A program made the position numbers and the translations under genes. Below the pieces are notes generated by a model. That model had not been told where the DNA came from and did no database searches. It saw only the letters and a list, made by a program, of their open reading frames with translations. This document shows, one piece after another, positions 47,397 to 57,948 of a stretch of 64,000 nt of DNA; position 1 is the stretch's first letter, and the number at the start of each line of letters is the position of its first letter. The DNA is from Clostridioides phage LIBA2945, in sequence record MF547663.1. The stretch is one strand, 5' to 3'.

Positions 47397-48998
47397 CTAA
47401 TAGGTTAATTGCCCAACAAATACGTTATCACAATATGCTTTTTCTATAAATCTTCCTGACCTTCCATCCATTTCATACAATAATATTTTATTATCGTCAT
47501 CACCAGACCTAGTTTTATTTACAAATAATAAAATGTGTTTTTTTCTAATATCTATACAATTTTTGTCAAACTCTCTTTCTTTTCCTTCTTTTGTGGAACT
47601 ATCTATAATCTCTAAATATGACTTTTGAAGCTTCCCTTCTAACCTACCTTTTTTCCATCTGTACGGTTTTAAAAAATATCTATCTTTTTCGGGATTTAGT
47701 TCATCTGGTATTATTTTTCTCATCAATGTTATTGTATGCCCCACCTCTTTAATTTGTTTTGCATTTGATATACAAGCAGCAGTCAAATAACTGACTTTCC
47801 CTTCAGTATAAGTTGCTAATTGTATAGGAAAAATTATCCTCATCCTCATTTGTTTTCCAAACTTATCAAAATCTCTAGCTGCTTCATTCATTTCACCTGT
47901 AGAATTTCCTGATGAGGCATCTTCAGCTTTGAAAGTATCAAGTATCAAAGTATCATAACCTTCACTCAAACTTAATTTTTTGGCTATTTTTTTTATTTTT
48001 TCAGTGTTAAAATCATACATTGATATAAATTTAAGTTTTCCTGGTATTGAATATTTCTCTTCAATAAATTTATTTGCTAAGTAGAAAGTTTTTTCTTCTT
48101 CAATTGTAAAATCAAAATTTTTAACTTTTCTTCTAGTCATTGTATGACAATTAAATATAGCATTTGATATATATGTTATTAATATCTGTTTGTAGTATTC
48201 ACTTTGTTGTTCGTTACTTATTATCAAGACTTTACAATCAGATTCTACTAGCCCCATAGCCATATTTAAAGTAAAAGTTGTTTTTCCAGTGCCACTATGA
48301 CCTGCTATAAAATATATACCATTTGAATGCCCTACTCCATCTATTATGTTACTCAACATAGGCATACCCTGAACATATCTTTCTTCTCCAGTATCAGTTT
48401 GCCATCTTAAAGCTATTGCAAAACTAGCTGAGTTATCATCTTCATTATTTTTCTTTTTTAATATTTCTTCTGAAGTATAATGCAAGTCTTCTATAACAAC
48501 ATCATTTCCAACTAAATTAATACTACTATCTGCTAATAACATTTCATAAAAATCATGAACTTGAGATGCAGTCATAGAAGGAAATAAGTCTATTGGTTTT
48601 ACTTTTACACCTTCCACTTCAATTTCCTTATCTATATTAAAGCCTTTACTTTCTAGCCTTATTATAAGATTAGATTTTTCTAAATCATCTATATATTTTT
48701 TTTGATTGTGTATATTTCCTAAATCTCTAACTTTTTGTATGCTTTCCCAACCACCATATTTTTCATATAATTCATTTAATGAAGGAGACATTCCTACAAA
48801 TGCTGATACCGTCACTTCATCTATCTCTTTATATTTTGTACTTAATTCTCTTATGAGATTGTAAAAAAATTTAGTTTTCGGAAAAGTAAAGTCATTTTCA
48901 GATAGAGGATAGTCAGCAATTATACTTATATCTTGCAACAGAACCGATATCACAAGGCTTTCAATATTCCCTCTATTTTCTAATACCATTTTCTCCAA
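47397..48998 (-). CDS. dnaB: DnaB-like replicative helicase, 533 aa
   Basis: Walker A 'GHSGTGKTTFTLNMA'. RecA-like C-domain; N-terminal helical domain. Confidence 0.7.
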   Translation of the reverse strand: MEKMVLENRGNIESLVISVLLQDISIIADYPLSENDFTFPKTKFFYNLIRELSTKYKEIDEVTVSAFVGMSPSLNELYEKYGGWESIQKVRDLGNIHNQKKYIDDLEKSNLIIRLESKGFNIDKEIEVEGVKVKPIDLFPSMTASQVHDFYEMLLADSSINLVGNDVVIEDLHYTSEEILKKKNNEDDNSASFAIALRWQTDTGEERYVQGMPMLSNIIDGVGHSNGIYFIAGHSGTGKTTFTLNMAMGLVESDCKVLIISNEQQSEYYKQILITYISNAIFNCHTMTRRKVKNFDFTIEEEKTFYLANKFIEEKYSIPGKLKFISMYDFNTEKIKKIAKKLSLSEGYDTLILDTFKAEDASSGNSTGEMNEAARDFDKFGKQMRMRIIFPIQLATYTEGKVSYLTAACISNAKQIKEVGHTITLMRKIIPDELNPEKDRYFLKPYRWKKGRLEGKLQKSYLEIIDSSTKEGKEREFDKNCIDIRKKHILLFVNKTRSGDDDNKILLYEMDGRSGRFIEKAYCDNVFVGQLTY

Positions 48999-49530
48999 CC
49001 TCCTTTATTAAATCCTTTAAGGTTGTTGTTCTTTTTTTTCTCGCTACTGGAATTTTCATTGTTTCTTCAGGTATGTCCACTAAATCCATCTCAGTTTCTT
49101 TTTTCTCTTTTCTTTGTATATTTTTCTTTACAACTGTAACATCTCTTATATTATTTTTTAATATTGTAAATATATAGCATAGTTTTTGATATTCATTTTC
49201 TATATCTTTTCTAAACTCTAAAGCGTCAATTATTTGATTTTTCATTTCTAAAATACAATTATAAACATCTTCTCTTGTATAACCGTTATCTAACATCTCT
49301 TTTATCATTTTAGTCTTATTTTTTGCGATACATTTGTAACCAATAATACTATCTATTCCTAATAAAATTTGATTCCATAGCCATTTCTCTCTTTCTTCTA
49401 ATCTATAGTGTAATTCACAACAATAATTTCGTTTTTCTTCTCTACCCGTTTTAGTAATATGAATCACTGAGTATATATCTTCAGCTAGAAATTTTTCTTT
49501 ACAGTATCTACAAGTTATTTTTCTTCCCAA
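48973..49530 (-). CDS. Zinc-finger hypothetical (CRYCKEKF...CCELHY), 185 aa
   Basis: Cys pairs read directly; overlaps the dnaB start. Confidence 0.3.
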   Translation of the reverse strand: MGRKITCRYCKEKFLAEDIYSVIHITKTGREEKRNYCCELHYRLEEREKWLWNQILLGIDSIIGYKCIAKNKTKMIKEMLDNGYTREDVYNCILEMKNQIIDALEFRKDIENEYQKLCYIFTILKNNIRDVTVVKKNIQRKEKKETEMDLVDIPEETMKIPVARKKRTTTLKDLIKEVGENGIRK

Positions 49531-49596
49531 TAATTCTCCTCCTTCTTATTGTTGATGTTAAAAAGTCGCCCTAATTGAGCGACCTTTTAAATTATT

Positions 49597-50172
49597 CTAT
49601 ATTCTTCCAGAACGCTTAGGTTGGGTACTTTGAATATCTTGAGATGTATTTTTTTTACTAGGAGGTTTAACTTGAGAATTGCCATCATCATCCTCGCAAA
49701 ATGATAATTGAAGTAGGCTGCCTAGTGCATAACGCTTACTATATGTTTCTGTTGCTCCATATCCTTGAATATCTAATTTACTCGGTTTTATAGGTACACT
49801 ATCAGACTCCATAAACTGACCGCTAGAATGCCATAATACAGTTTTAATTGATACTGAATTGTTTCCACCAGAAATGGGAAATTGAGTTATACATAAATCA
49901 AATTTTGCTAATATTGGTCTTATTGTTGTTAGAATATCATCTAAATTTGCATATTTGCTATTATAAAATGGATTATTAGAACTCTTTTCAATACTTTCTA
50001 CCTCTTTTTGAAAATCAACTAAACTTACTAATAAATCTTTTATATTTTCACTTCTGCGAAATGGTATTAATGAATCTTTATTCTCATTTTCTTTTAAATC
50101 TCCAACCATTTTTCTTATTACATCTTTTAATTGTTTTACTTCGCTCTCTATGTTAGCTATTTGTTCTTCCAT
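49597..50172 (-). CDS. erf: ERF-family single-strand annealing protein, 191 aa
   Basis: 'NPFYNSKYANLDDIL' resembles the conserved ERF N-terminal motif (NPhFKSKYA.L). Confidence 0.5.
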   Translation of the reverse strand: MEEQIANIESEVKQLKDVIRKMVGDLKENENKDSLIPFRRSENIKDLLVSLVDFQKEVESIEKSSNNPFYNSKYANLDDILTTIRPILAKFDLCITQFPISGGNNSVSIKTVLWHSSGQFMESDSVPIKPSKLDIQGYGATETYSKRYALGSLLQLSFCEDDDGNSQVKPPSKKNTSQDIQSTQPKRSGRI

Positions 50173-50212
50173 AAAACCCTCCTTTTAATTTTATTCAGTT
50201 TATAAATATTAA

Positions 50213-51058
50213 TTAAAATGGTAAATCTGATTCTTCAATATTTATGTTATTTTTTTGTGCATCTTTTTCTTTCATGGCATTTTCTTTTTCTTCCATTTTA
50301 TCTATCATGGCTACTATATTATCCTTATAGAATGGATTAGGCTTCCCATCTTCACCAAAATCATTTTCTTTTGATATCTTATTTCCTGAACCTCCAGTTA
50401 TTCTAAGATATTTTATTATTTTATCTTTTTTCCCTGTACCAAATCCACCAGTTCCTTCTATTATCTCAGTTACTATATCTCCTTCTAATTGTGGTACATC
50501 TCCCACTTTATATAGCTTTTCAAATTCTTTTATTACTTCTGTATTATCAATTACAAGTCTAACTCTAAATCCATTATCATTGTATTTATTCATTATTCCT
50601 ATTACTTCTAATCCCTCTTCTATTTTTATTATTTCCTCCAAGTATACATATGCTCTCCATAATATACCTGCCTTTATAGGTAGTTTTGCATCTTTTTGTC
50701 TGTTACAAAATTTACCTTGTATTCTAAATCCTTCATGTTTTTCTCCATCACTATAATATGTATTGTCATCTAATTGACAGGTGCATCTAACTATTTCTCC
50801 TCTACCCTCTTCTGCTCTAGTTACAATATCATTCACAACTGTTTCTAATCCCTGTGATATCTTATTAACTCCTCCAGCAGATGTGTATATGCTTCCATAA
50901 TAATCAACTATTTCATTCTTATCTTGTGATATAGCAACATTAAGTTTAAACTTTATTGCTTCTTGTGGAGTTCCTTCTTTTACTCTTTCTGCTGCTAATA
51001 TATCTAACACTTCCCCACTAACAAAAACTTCATTGTAATTTACATTTTTTTTCGCCAT
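50213..51058 (-). CDS. Atypical single-stranded DNA-binding protein candidate, 281 aa
   Basis: C-terminal acidic tail ending '...ESDLPF' like the SSB DDDIPF tip. Next to ERF. Confidence 0.4.
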   Translation of the reverse strand: MAKKNVNYNEVFVSGEVLDILAAERVKEGTPQEAIKFKLNVAISQDKNEIVDYYGSIYTSAGGVNKISQGLETVVNDIVTRAEEGRGEIVRCTCQLDDNTYYSDGEKHEGFRIQGKFCNRQKDAKLPIKAGILWRAYVYLEEIIKIEEGLEVIGIMNKYNDNGFRVRLVIDNTEVIKEFEKLYKVGDVPQLEGDIVTEIIEGTGGFGTGKKDKIIKYLRITGGSGNKISKENDFGEDGKPNPFYKDNIVAMIDKMEEKENAMKEKDAQKNNINIEESDLPF

Positions 51059-51370
51059 AAATATTCTCCTCTTTTATTTTGTATTTTATTCAGTTGTAAT
51101 CATTCTTAATTTTTCTATATACTTATAATAACATGTTCTATTTATTATTTCAATACTTATTTTTAATTTTATTTATTTTAACTAAAAAATCCTCCCCAAT
51201 ACAATAAACCAAAAATTACTAGCTTTGAAATTGTAGATACTCCAAAACTTATTTTCATTTCTTTTACCTTTCCATTATTAGCTAAAGACACTCCTAATTG
51301 CATAACGTATATTATTATTACTAAAATTTGTGGTATTCCTAATTTCATTTAACCTCTCCTTTTAATATGA

Positions 51371-52036
51371 TTACATCATTAATTCTTTATATTTTGGTAA
51401 TGTTTTAAAGAAATCACATAAAATCCTCCATTCTTCCATTTTATGATTTTCTCTTTGATTTATCATAGATTTTATTTGTAGATAATTTAATGTAACTCTT
51501 GCAGTTAACATTAATCCTGATGGGCAATTTGATATTATAATTTTCCAAAGAGTTTCCTTTGTGGCTCTAATATTTTCTCCATTTCTAAGAGTGACTTCAT
51601 CAGATGCGGTTAATTTTAATTCCTGAAAATTATTATAATCGTAAATCAATTCATTCAGGAAGTTTATTGTATTTTTAACAACATACTTATTACACATATC
51701 ATCAATATTAAATTTGGTTAATCTGTGCATTTTACTTTGACTAGATACATAGTCATTATGATGATATCTATCCCACTGTCTCCACATATATTCTGACCAT
51801 TGCAAATCCATTTGGACAATAATTCCTTTAGAGAAGCAATCATGGCCTGAACCTTGTTTTGATTTGCCTAATTGACATGCTCGTTGTAAATCTTTTTCTG
51901 AAATATTTACTTCTCTCATATCTTTAATCTGTTGCTGCATAGGATAACCACTCGAAATTATACTTTCTTTAATTCCATAAACACACACATTTGATACATC
52001 AATAATTCCTGGTATTTTTATTCCATTTACTTTCAA
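51371..52036 (-). CDS. Hypothetical protein, 221 aa
   Basis: ORF only. Confidence 0.3.
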   Translation of the reverse strand: MKVNGIKIPGIIDVSNVCVYGIKESIISSGYPMQQQIKDMREVNISEKDLQRACQLGKSKQGSGHDCFSKGIIVQMDLQWSEYMWRQWDRYHHNDYVSSQSKMHRLTKFNIDDMCNKYVVKNTINFLNELIYDYNNFQELKLTASDEVTLRNGENIRATKETLWKIIISNCPSGLMLTARVTLNYLQIKSMINQRENHKMEEWRILCDFFKTLPKYKELMM

Positions 52037-52047
52037 TTTATCAACTC

Positions 52048-52620
52048 CTAACCTTCCACAATAATATAACCTTCTTTATAATGTCTTCCCATATTGTTCA
52101 CCCTTTTATAATACTTATAATCACTCTCCCCTTTTATTCTTGGCACAAATACATCTATTGCATTAGAATTTCCAAAATATTTATTAGAACCTCTGTCTTT
52201 GACTACCTTTAAATTTCCATCAACTAATATTTTAGTTCCGAATTTAAGATGATTATTGGCCACAAACCCATATTGTAATTTTTCTCCTGTAGCTGTAATA
52301 GCTCCATATTTACTATTTTCACAGTTTAAAGAAGTATAGTAACTTACTTCCCATGTTACAGGAATTAATTTTTCTATTTTTATTCCTAAGTCCTTTTCTA
52401 AATTAATTCTCTTGATTTCTAATTTATATTCAGAACTATTTTTGTGTTGCTCCCACTCATATTTATACATTAAGTTAATATTTTTAGCTGTATCTGCTAC
52501 AATATTTTTATCCATCCTGCTAGTACTCATTTCTTTAGTATTAGCAAATATATGTATGCTACTACCCATTACTAAAACACTTGTTACTAATATATTTCTC
52601 CACCTCATAAAGACCTCCAA
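52048..52620 (-). CDS. Secreted 3D-domain protein (MltA-like lytic transglycosylase fold), 190 aa
   Basis: Signal peptide; C-terminal 'LKVVKDRGSNKYFGNSNAIDVFV' matches the 3D-domain D..G..I..D.. pattern. Confidence 0.5.
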   Translation of the reverse strand: MEVFMRWRNILVTSVLVMGSSIHIFANTKEMSTSRMDKNIVADTAKNINLMYKYEWEQHKNSSEYKLEIKRINLEKDLGIKIEKLIPVTWEVSYYTSLNCENSKYGAITATGEKLQYGFVANNHLKFGTKILVDGNLKVVKDRGSNKYFGNSNAIDVFVPRIKGESDYKYYKRVNNMGRHYKEGYIIVEG

Positions 52621-52639
52621 TCATATTAAAATGATAAAT

Positions 52640-53065
52640 TTATTTATTATTTATTTCATCTAATACTAAATTTACTTGTTTCTTTGCTTTTTTAACTTCA
52701 ATTCTTGCCAGACATAACTTAATACCTTTATTTAAATTAAATTCATCTGTATCATGGCAAGTAGAGGATGCTTTAAAATTTCCTTTTCTAACTTCTACTT
52801 TTTTCCCATTTGTTCTATATAGATATGCTCCAGAGAAATCTCCTCTTATAGACCATGCACCCCATTCATATTTTTTCTTTTGTTGAACAATTTCAAAATA
52901 TGCTTCAAATTCACTATAGTTCATAAAACCTATTCCATAATCTGTTTTAAAATGTATAGCTCCATTATTTCCCACAGATGTAATAATAAATATATCTCCT
53001 ATTTTTAACATCTCAAAACCTTGTATTTCTTTCATTAATCTTATTTTAGTTCCTTCTATTAACAT
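52640..53065 (-). CDS. Hypothetical protein, 141 aa (PcfK-like by position?)
   Basis: Lies directly downstream of the PcfJ-like gene, as pcfK does in pCF10-type loci; no motif verified. Confidence 0.25.
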   Translation of the reverse strand: MLIEGTKIRLMKEIQGFEMLKIGDIFIITSVGNNGAIHFKTDYGIGFMNYSEFEAYFEIVQQKKKYEWGAWSIRGDFSGAYLYRTNGKKVEVRKGNFKASSTCHDTDEFNLNKGIKLCLARIEVKKAKKQVNLVLDEINNK

Positions 53066-54180
53066 ATTTTCTTCATCCTTTCTATTCTATTATTATATTT
53101 ATCAATTGCTTCTTGCTCTCTTTCATTGACATCTCTATTATATTTACCTTTAGCTTGGACTATTTTGCCATTTCTAACTTCAATTGTTACTAAACTTTTA
53201 CTTGGATTATCCTTTTTTCTCATAAATAATATATGACATTTTCCATCTATAACATTTTGAATATAACTACTTACACAATTATTTTGTTGTACTGCTTCAT
53301 CTTTAATTTCATTTGTATTTTTAGGGTATATAAATTTATAATCTTGATATGAATATTCTAGTGACTTGTCTATTCTTTTATTAAATACTTCTTCTTCAAA
53401 TTGAGTTTTAAGACGATTATAATTTCGAGATGCTATTTTATGAGTTGTTAAGAAATGTCTTGGATATTTTTCATATTTATCACTTATTACACTCATCATA
53501 ACAACATAGTCATATAATTCGTTTAGAGTGCTTTCAAGCCCATTTAATGCTTCATATGTCATCAGATTATCTATATAATTTATAAGTGATTGAGGTTTAT
53601 ATTTATATATGTCTATTAATCTATCAAATATCATTCTATCATAACCAGAATCAAGAATTGAAATTAAATTAGTTTTTCTTATTGAATTCAATTCTAAGCT
53701 TAATAAATTATTATATAAATTTGGGTTTTTACTATACCCTTGTATCAATCGGTCACTCAAAGTAATACTATGATTCCTACAGATAGAAATAAGACCTTTA
53801 GGTATACTCTTAATATCACAATGTATCGGATAAATTATTTTTTTTAATCCTGCTGAGAATAATTGTTCATACTCAGAATAATTATTTATTTCATTTAAAA
53901 AACTTCCTATATTTCTTATTCTTTCAACTCTCCTTCCCCAAGTTCTGCTACTCTTACTTCTATTTACTCTTCCGTCTACAAAATTTAAAAAACACTTATA
54001 ATTTTCATCTTCAAAAGAATTTATTACCTCATGTAAATCATATCCTCTAAGCTGAGTGCATACATCTTTTACAATCCTTCCAGATTTACCAATACATTCT
54101 CCTGTTGCTAAATTATATTTTACATTCTTCCCATCTTCAAATTCAAATACTAAAAACTGTTTTTCTTTATAAGATTTCAA
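53059..54180 (-). CDS. PcfJ-like protein, 373 aa
   Basis: C-terminal 'NNCVSSYIQNVIDGKCHILFMRKKDNPSKSLVTIEVRNGKIVQAKGKYN' matches the PcfJ-domain signature (NC..SY...G...ILF.R......VTIE...G.IVQA.GK.N), from memory. Confidence 0.45.
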   Translation of the reverse strand: MKSYKEKQFLVFEFEDGKNVKYNLATGECIGKSGRIVKDVCTQLRGYDLHEVINSFEDENYKCFLNFVDGRVNRSKSSRTWGRRVERIRNIGSFLNEINNYSEYEQLFSAGLKKIIYPIHCDIKSIPKGLISICRNHSITLSDRLIQGYSKNPNLYNNLLSLELNSIRKTNLISILDSGYDRMIFDRLIDIYKYKPQSLINYIDNLMTYEALNGLESTLNELYDYVVMMSVISDKYEKYPRHFLTTHKIASRNYNRLKTQFEEEVFNKRIDKSLEYSYQDYKFIYPKNTNEIKDEAVQQNNCVSSYIQNVIDGKCHILFMRKKDNPSKSLVTIEVRNGKIVQAKGKYNRDVNEREQEAIDKYNNRIERMKKIC

Positions 54181-54258
54181 ATATTAATCACTACCTCCTT
54201 TACATCTTGATGACAATTGTATGACATAAGTTATTTTTCCACCTATGTAATAATCATT

Positions 54259-54567
54259 TTAGATTTTTTTAGAATTTATATATTTTTCTTTTAAACCTTT
54301 ATTACCTCTTGTTTCCATAATTTTATTTATAGATTTTATATAGTTTATATCATTAGAAATTCTCTTAAGACTTGTTATAAAGTAGACAGAATAGCTTCTT
54401 GGTATCTTCTTTTTGATAGCTAAATCAATTACTGTTCTAGCAGCATTGTAACTTTTTAAATGAGTATGCCCTTCTTCAAATTTTTTATTTGTATTATAAA
54501 CAATATATCCAGTTTTACATTTGATAATAATATATTCTTTTTTCTCATATATTTTATTTGTATCCAT
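54259..54567 (-). CDS. Hypothetical protein, 102 aa
   Basis: ORF. Confidence 0.3.
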   Translation of the reverse strand: MDTNKIYEKKEYIIIKCKTGYIVYNTNKKFEEGHTHLKSYNAARTVIDLAIKKKIPRSYSVYFITSLKRISNDINYIKSINKIMETRGNKGLKEKYINSKKI

Positions 54568-54818
54568 TACAAATCCTCAATTTTATGCCATATCATTTCT
54601 AACTTTCCATGTTTTCTATTTAGCCTTCTTCTAATTTCATATGCAGATTTAATTTCTTCTTTTACATTTTGCCACTTATCTAAAACTTCTTCATATTCTT
54701 TATTCTCTTCTTTTAAAAATAGTATTTCTTCATTCAATTCACTAATTTTGATATTTAACTCTCTGTTCTTTTCTAATAAATTATAATATCTTTGTTCATC
54801 TATAAGTATTGAAATCAC
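54567..54818 (-). CDS. Coiled-coil hypothetical, 83 aa
   Basis: ORF, coupled. Confidence 0.3.
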   Translation of the reverse strand: MISILIDEQRYYNLLEKNRELNIKISELNEEILFLKEENKEYEEVLDKWQNVKEEIKSAYEIRRRLNRKHGKLEMIWHKIEDL

Positions 54819-54940
54819 TACCTTTCACAAACTTCGTATATGCCATTTTAAGCAATAAAGGTATAAACACAAGCAGTCATTTTTACAAAACCTTAGAATG
54901 TCATATACGAGACCATGTTTTTTAATTTAAAACTGACATT

Positions 54941-55150
54941 TTATAGTTTATATTTTCCATCATCCCTTGGATATAGAAATTTTATATCTTTAAGGTCTAA
55001 ACCATTTCTCTCGTAATAATTCTTTGCTCTTATACATTCTCCTGGCGACACTCCATATAATTTAATTAAATCTCTAAAATTTATAAAATGTTTTTGGCCA
55101 TCATTTTTTGATGTAATCTCCCATTCAAATACAACGTATTTAACTTTCAC
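54941..55150 (-). CDS. Hypothetical protein, 69 aa
   Basis: ORF, SD 'agaggtg'. Confidence 0.3.
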   Translation of the reverse strand: MKVKYVVFEWEITSKNDGQKHFINFRDLIKLYGVSPGECIRAKNYYERNGLDLKDIKFLYPRDDGKYKL

Positions 55151-55164
55151 TTTACACCTCTATT

Positions 55165-55767
55165 TCATTGACTTATTAATACTTTTAACTGAGAAAATTT
55201 TGGATTATACCCCTTCTGCCATACAAAATGAGCATATTCTATGCTATCTGTCTTTTTATCATCTGTAAAACTCATTCTTTTGTTGTGAACAAATATGTAT
55301 TTAGGCATATTATTTCCCCACAGTCTTTGTCTTACTTTTTCTCCAAGATAATTTAATCTTAGCAACATAATAACGAAACCACCTTCTCTTACATCATTTA
55401 AAGCTTTATTAATTATATCCAAGCTTAAATTAAAGGGAGGATTAGTAATAATTACATCGTATTTTTCTTTGGGCTGAAACTTTAAATAATCTTGCTTTAC
55501 ATTTGCCCTTGAATCATCTCTTATATCTACTGTATCTATTGAAATATCTTGATTTAAAAATTCTTGAATTGCAGTTGGATAACTCATTAGATTTGTATTA
55601 TCTCCACCTGCACATGGGTCTAATATTTTTATATTTGAATTGAGTATATTTTCATATCTACTGAACTCAGTTAAAAACTCTTTGATTTTAGTAATTGGAG
55701 TTCTATAATAATCACTTACATGAAAATCTCTAGCATTACTTCTATTTGTACTACTTATAAATATCAC
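55165..55767 (-). CDS. DNA methyltransferase (NPPF class, N6-adenine/N4-cytosine), 200 aa, orphan
   Basis: Motif I-like 'ILDPCAGGDN' and motif IV 'DVIITNPPF' read directly. No restriction partner visible. Confidence 0.6.
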   Translation of the reverse strand: MIFISSTNRSNARDFHVSDYYRTPITKIKEFLTEFSRYENILNSNIKILDPCAGGDNTNLMSYPTAIQEFLNQDISIDTVDIRDDSRANVKQDYLKFQPKEKYDVIITNPPFNLSLDIINKALNDVREGGFVIMLLRLNYLGEKVRQRLWGNNMPKYIFVHNKRMSFTDDKKTDSIEYAHFVWQKGYNPKFSQLKVLISQ

Positions 55768-55856
55768 CTCTACTTATTTACCACTTTATCTATTGTTTTG
55801 TTTACTAATATTTCATTTATAGTAGCAACAACAAATATAAGTATATCCTCAATATT

Positions 55857-56183
55857 TTAATCTTGTTTTCCAAAATATTCTTCTAGTGCCTTTATAAATA
55901 AATGCTCTTTATTTTTAGCATTTTTTATTATGTTTTTAATATCTTCTACAGTACAAACATATTCGTCGCCCCACGAATCCCATCCATTTTGATATGTATG
56001 GATTAAAATATATCCATATTCTTTTAACTTCTCATCTATCTCTACTAAATTATATTGAGCATCATATAGTCTATATTGGTCGAATTGATTTACATCTTTA
56101 CTGTGATTCATTGATATAGCACATATAATGTTATAATTTTTTATCTCAAATTTTTCGTTTTCTAATACATTTACTTTTCTCAT
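55857..56183 (-). CDS. Hypothetical protein, 108 aa
   Basis: ORF. Confidence 0.3.
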   Translation of the reverse strand: MRKVNVLENEKFEIKNYNIICAISMNHSKDVNQFDQYRLYDAQYNLVEIDEKLKEYGYILIHTYQNGWDSWGDEYVCTVEDIKNIIKNAKNKEHLFIKALEEYFGKQD

Positions 56184-56540
56184 ATATGTATCTCCTTAAA
56201 ATAATACTTTTAATCTAAGTCATTATTCAATAATAATAATGCTATAAGACAAAATCCATTAAGTAGTATCCCATTAGTATTATCTTGCAAGTAATTAGCT
56301 ACCATACAACCTAAATTAAAAATTGCAGCAATATTTAAAATCAAATTAATACTCCTTTCTTTTATTCTTTTTTGTCAATATATATACTACTTGATGGTAT
56401 AAGAATCCAGATTAGCAACCATGCTAAGGTATTGATTGGATATGTTGTATCTAAGAATTGAAATTGTGGGAAGTTTAAAATATCTACTACCCAAATTATT
56501 ATAAGAATTGTTTTTAAGACTTTAAACATTTAACTCTCCT

Positions 56541-56825
56541 TTATTTATTAGATGAATTTTCTTCTATTACTACATGAGCATTACATATAATCACCCTTTT
56601 ACCATCAAAATCTAGTGTTATAGTACCACCATCTCCATCTTTAACTCTCATGCTTTTACTTGTATATGTTTTTAATACCTCGCCATTATCTGAATATACA
56701 TTTACAGTTCTATTAAGCCCTGATACATCACTTTCAGCATCTTTCATTGAGCTTTGTATCCCTGTACATCCAGACATTCCTATTAACATTGTTCCTAATA
56801 CCCCTATTAATAAAAATCTTTTCAA
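56541..56825 (-). CDS. Lipoprotein, 94 aa (lipobox LIGMSGC)
   Basis: Signal peptide + Cys lipobox read directly. Confidence 0.45.
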   Translation of the reverse strand: MKRFLLIGVLGTMLIGMSGCTGIQSSMKDAESDVSGLNRTVNVYSDNGEVLKTYTSKSMRVKDGDGGTITLDFDGKRVIICNAHVVIEENSSNK

Positions 56826-56924
56826 TATAATTTCACTCCTTTATTTTTAATTGAATTGTAAATAAGAATATATATTTAGAATTTTTGAATTGGTTAAATG
56901 AATTTCTTAGAATTGAAATTTTGA

Positions 56925-57320
56925 TTAATCATTTACAACATTATATTTATCATCTTCTCTCCATCCAAAATTATATGGTTTTATAATATTACATATTATA
57001 TCTTTGCATAAACACATATAGTCTTCAATACTATCTTCAGAGTCACTATCTTGTATATTTATTAATGTATCACAGCCACTACAGCTTCCATAACCAACAT
57101 ATGTCATAAGATATTCATATTCATTAGGTTGGTATGTTTTTTTAGGTATTAAATATAATAAAGTACCTTGATAATGTCCATTATCTATTTCACTTATATT
57201 GTCGACATCCCACTCATCATCTTCATTTATATTGTCATTCAAAATATGTTTTACAGATAATTTAACCAAATCTTCATAGCTACAGTAACTATCACGATTA
57301 ATGAAATCAGACTCTAACAA
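56925..57320 (-). CDS. Acidic Cys-containing hypothetical, 131 aa
   Basis: ORF. Confidence 0.3.
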   Translation of the reverse strand: MLESDFINRDSYCSYEDLVKLSVKHILNDNINEDDEWDVDNISEIDNGHYQGTLLYLIPKKTYQPNEYEYLMTYVGYGSCSGCDTLINIQDSDSEDSIEDYMCLCKDIICNIIKPYNFGWREDDKYNVVND

Positions 57321-57389
57321 TGCTTCATGTAATCTTGTTTTATTTTTTTATCCACTTTTCTTTACAATATTTTATCATTTAGCTCTCCT

Positions 57390-57740
57390 TTAAATATTAT
57401 TTAGATTTTCTATTTGAATTGTTCCAGTAGCACAATCTATATGTTGCCCAAGAATAGATGTTAAGCAACAATCTATATCATCTACTACTATTTTTATATG
57501 AGGGTCTATTTTTAAAGATATTCCATTTATGGCTTTTGTATCATATATTTTACTTCCATTAAACATGTATTCTTTAAAGGTTCTTGGGTTTATTATATCT
57601 AAATTCATTGTTTTTGCTAAACTAATTATGTAATTTTTATTAGCAATAGAATGACATAATATAAGTGCATTATTTTCATAAGCATACTTTATTAATGCAG
57701 TAGTTTTCCCACTACTTCTGTTTCCATTTATTAATTTCAT
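57390..57740 (-). CDS. Small P-loop NTPase, 116 aa ('GNRSSGKTTALI')
   Basis: Walker A read directly. Confidence 0.4.
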   Translation of the reverse strand: MKLINGNRSSGKTTALIKYAYENNALILCHSIANKNYIISLAKTMNLDIINPRTFKEYMFNGSKIYDTKAINGISLKIDPHIKIVVDDIDCCLTSILGQHIDCATGTIQIENLNNI

Positions 57741-57765
57741 AATTATTTTTCTCCTATTAAAATAT

Positions 57766-57948
57766 TTATTTTAATTCTATTACTACCTTGTCACCTTCAT
57801 CATTAGTTACAGTTAATTCATATCTTAATTTTATCCAATCTTGAATGCCTCTAAGTATACCATCCTCATCAAAAAATGTTACATACTTTAAGTCGCTTGA
57901 TGGATGCTCCTTATTAGTCCTCATATCATAAGCCATTGTCTTAATCAT
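57766..57948 (-). CDS. Hypothetical protein, 60 aa
   Basis: ORF. Confidence 0.25.
   Translation of the reverse strand: MIKTMAYDMRTNKEHPSSDLKYVTFFDEDGILRGIQDWIKLRYELTVTNDEGDKVVIELK

Noticed and set aside
51371-52036. Possible ThyX (flavin-dependent thymidylate synthase) assignment for the 221-aa ORF
   Set aside because: The RHR..S ThyX signature is not present. It is left as hypothetical.
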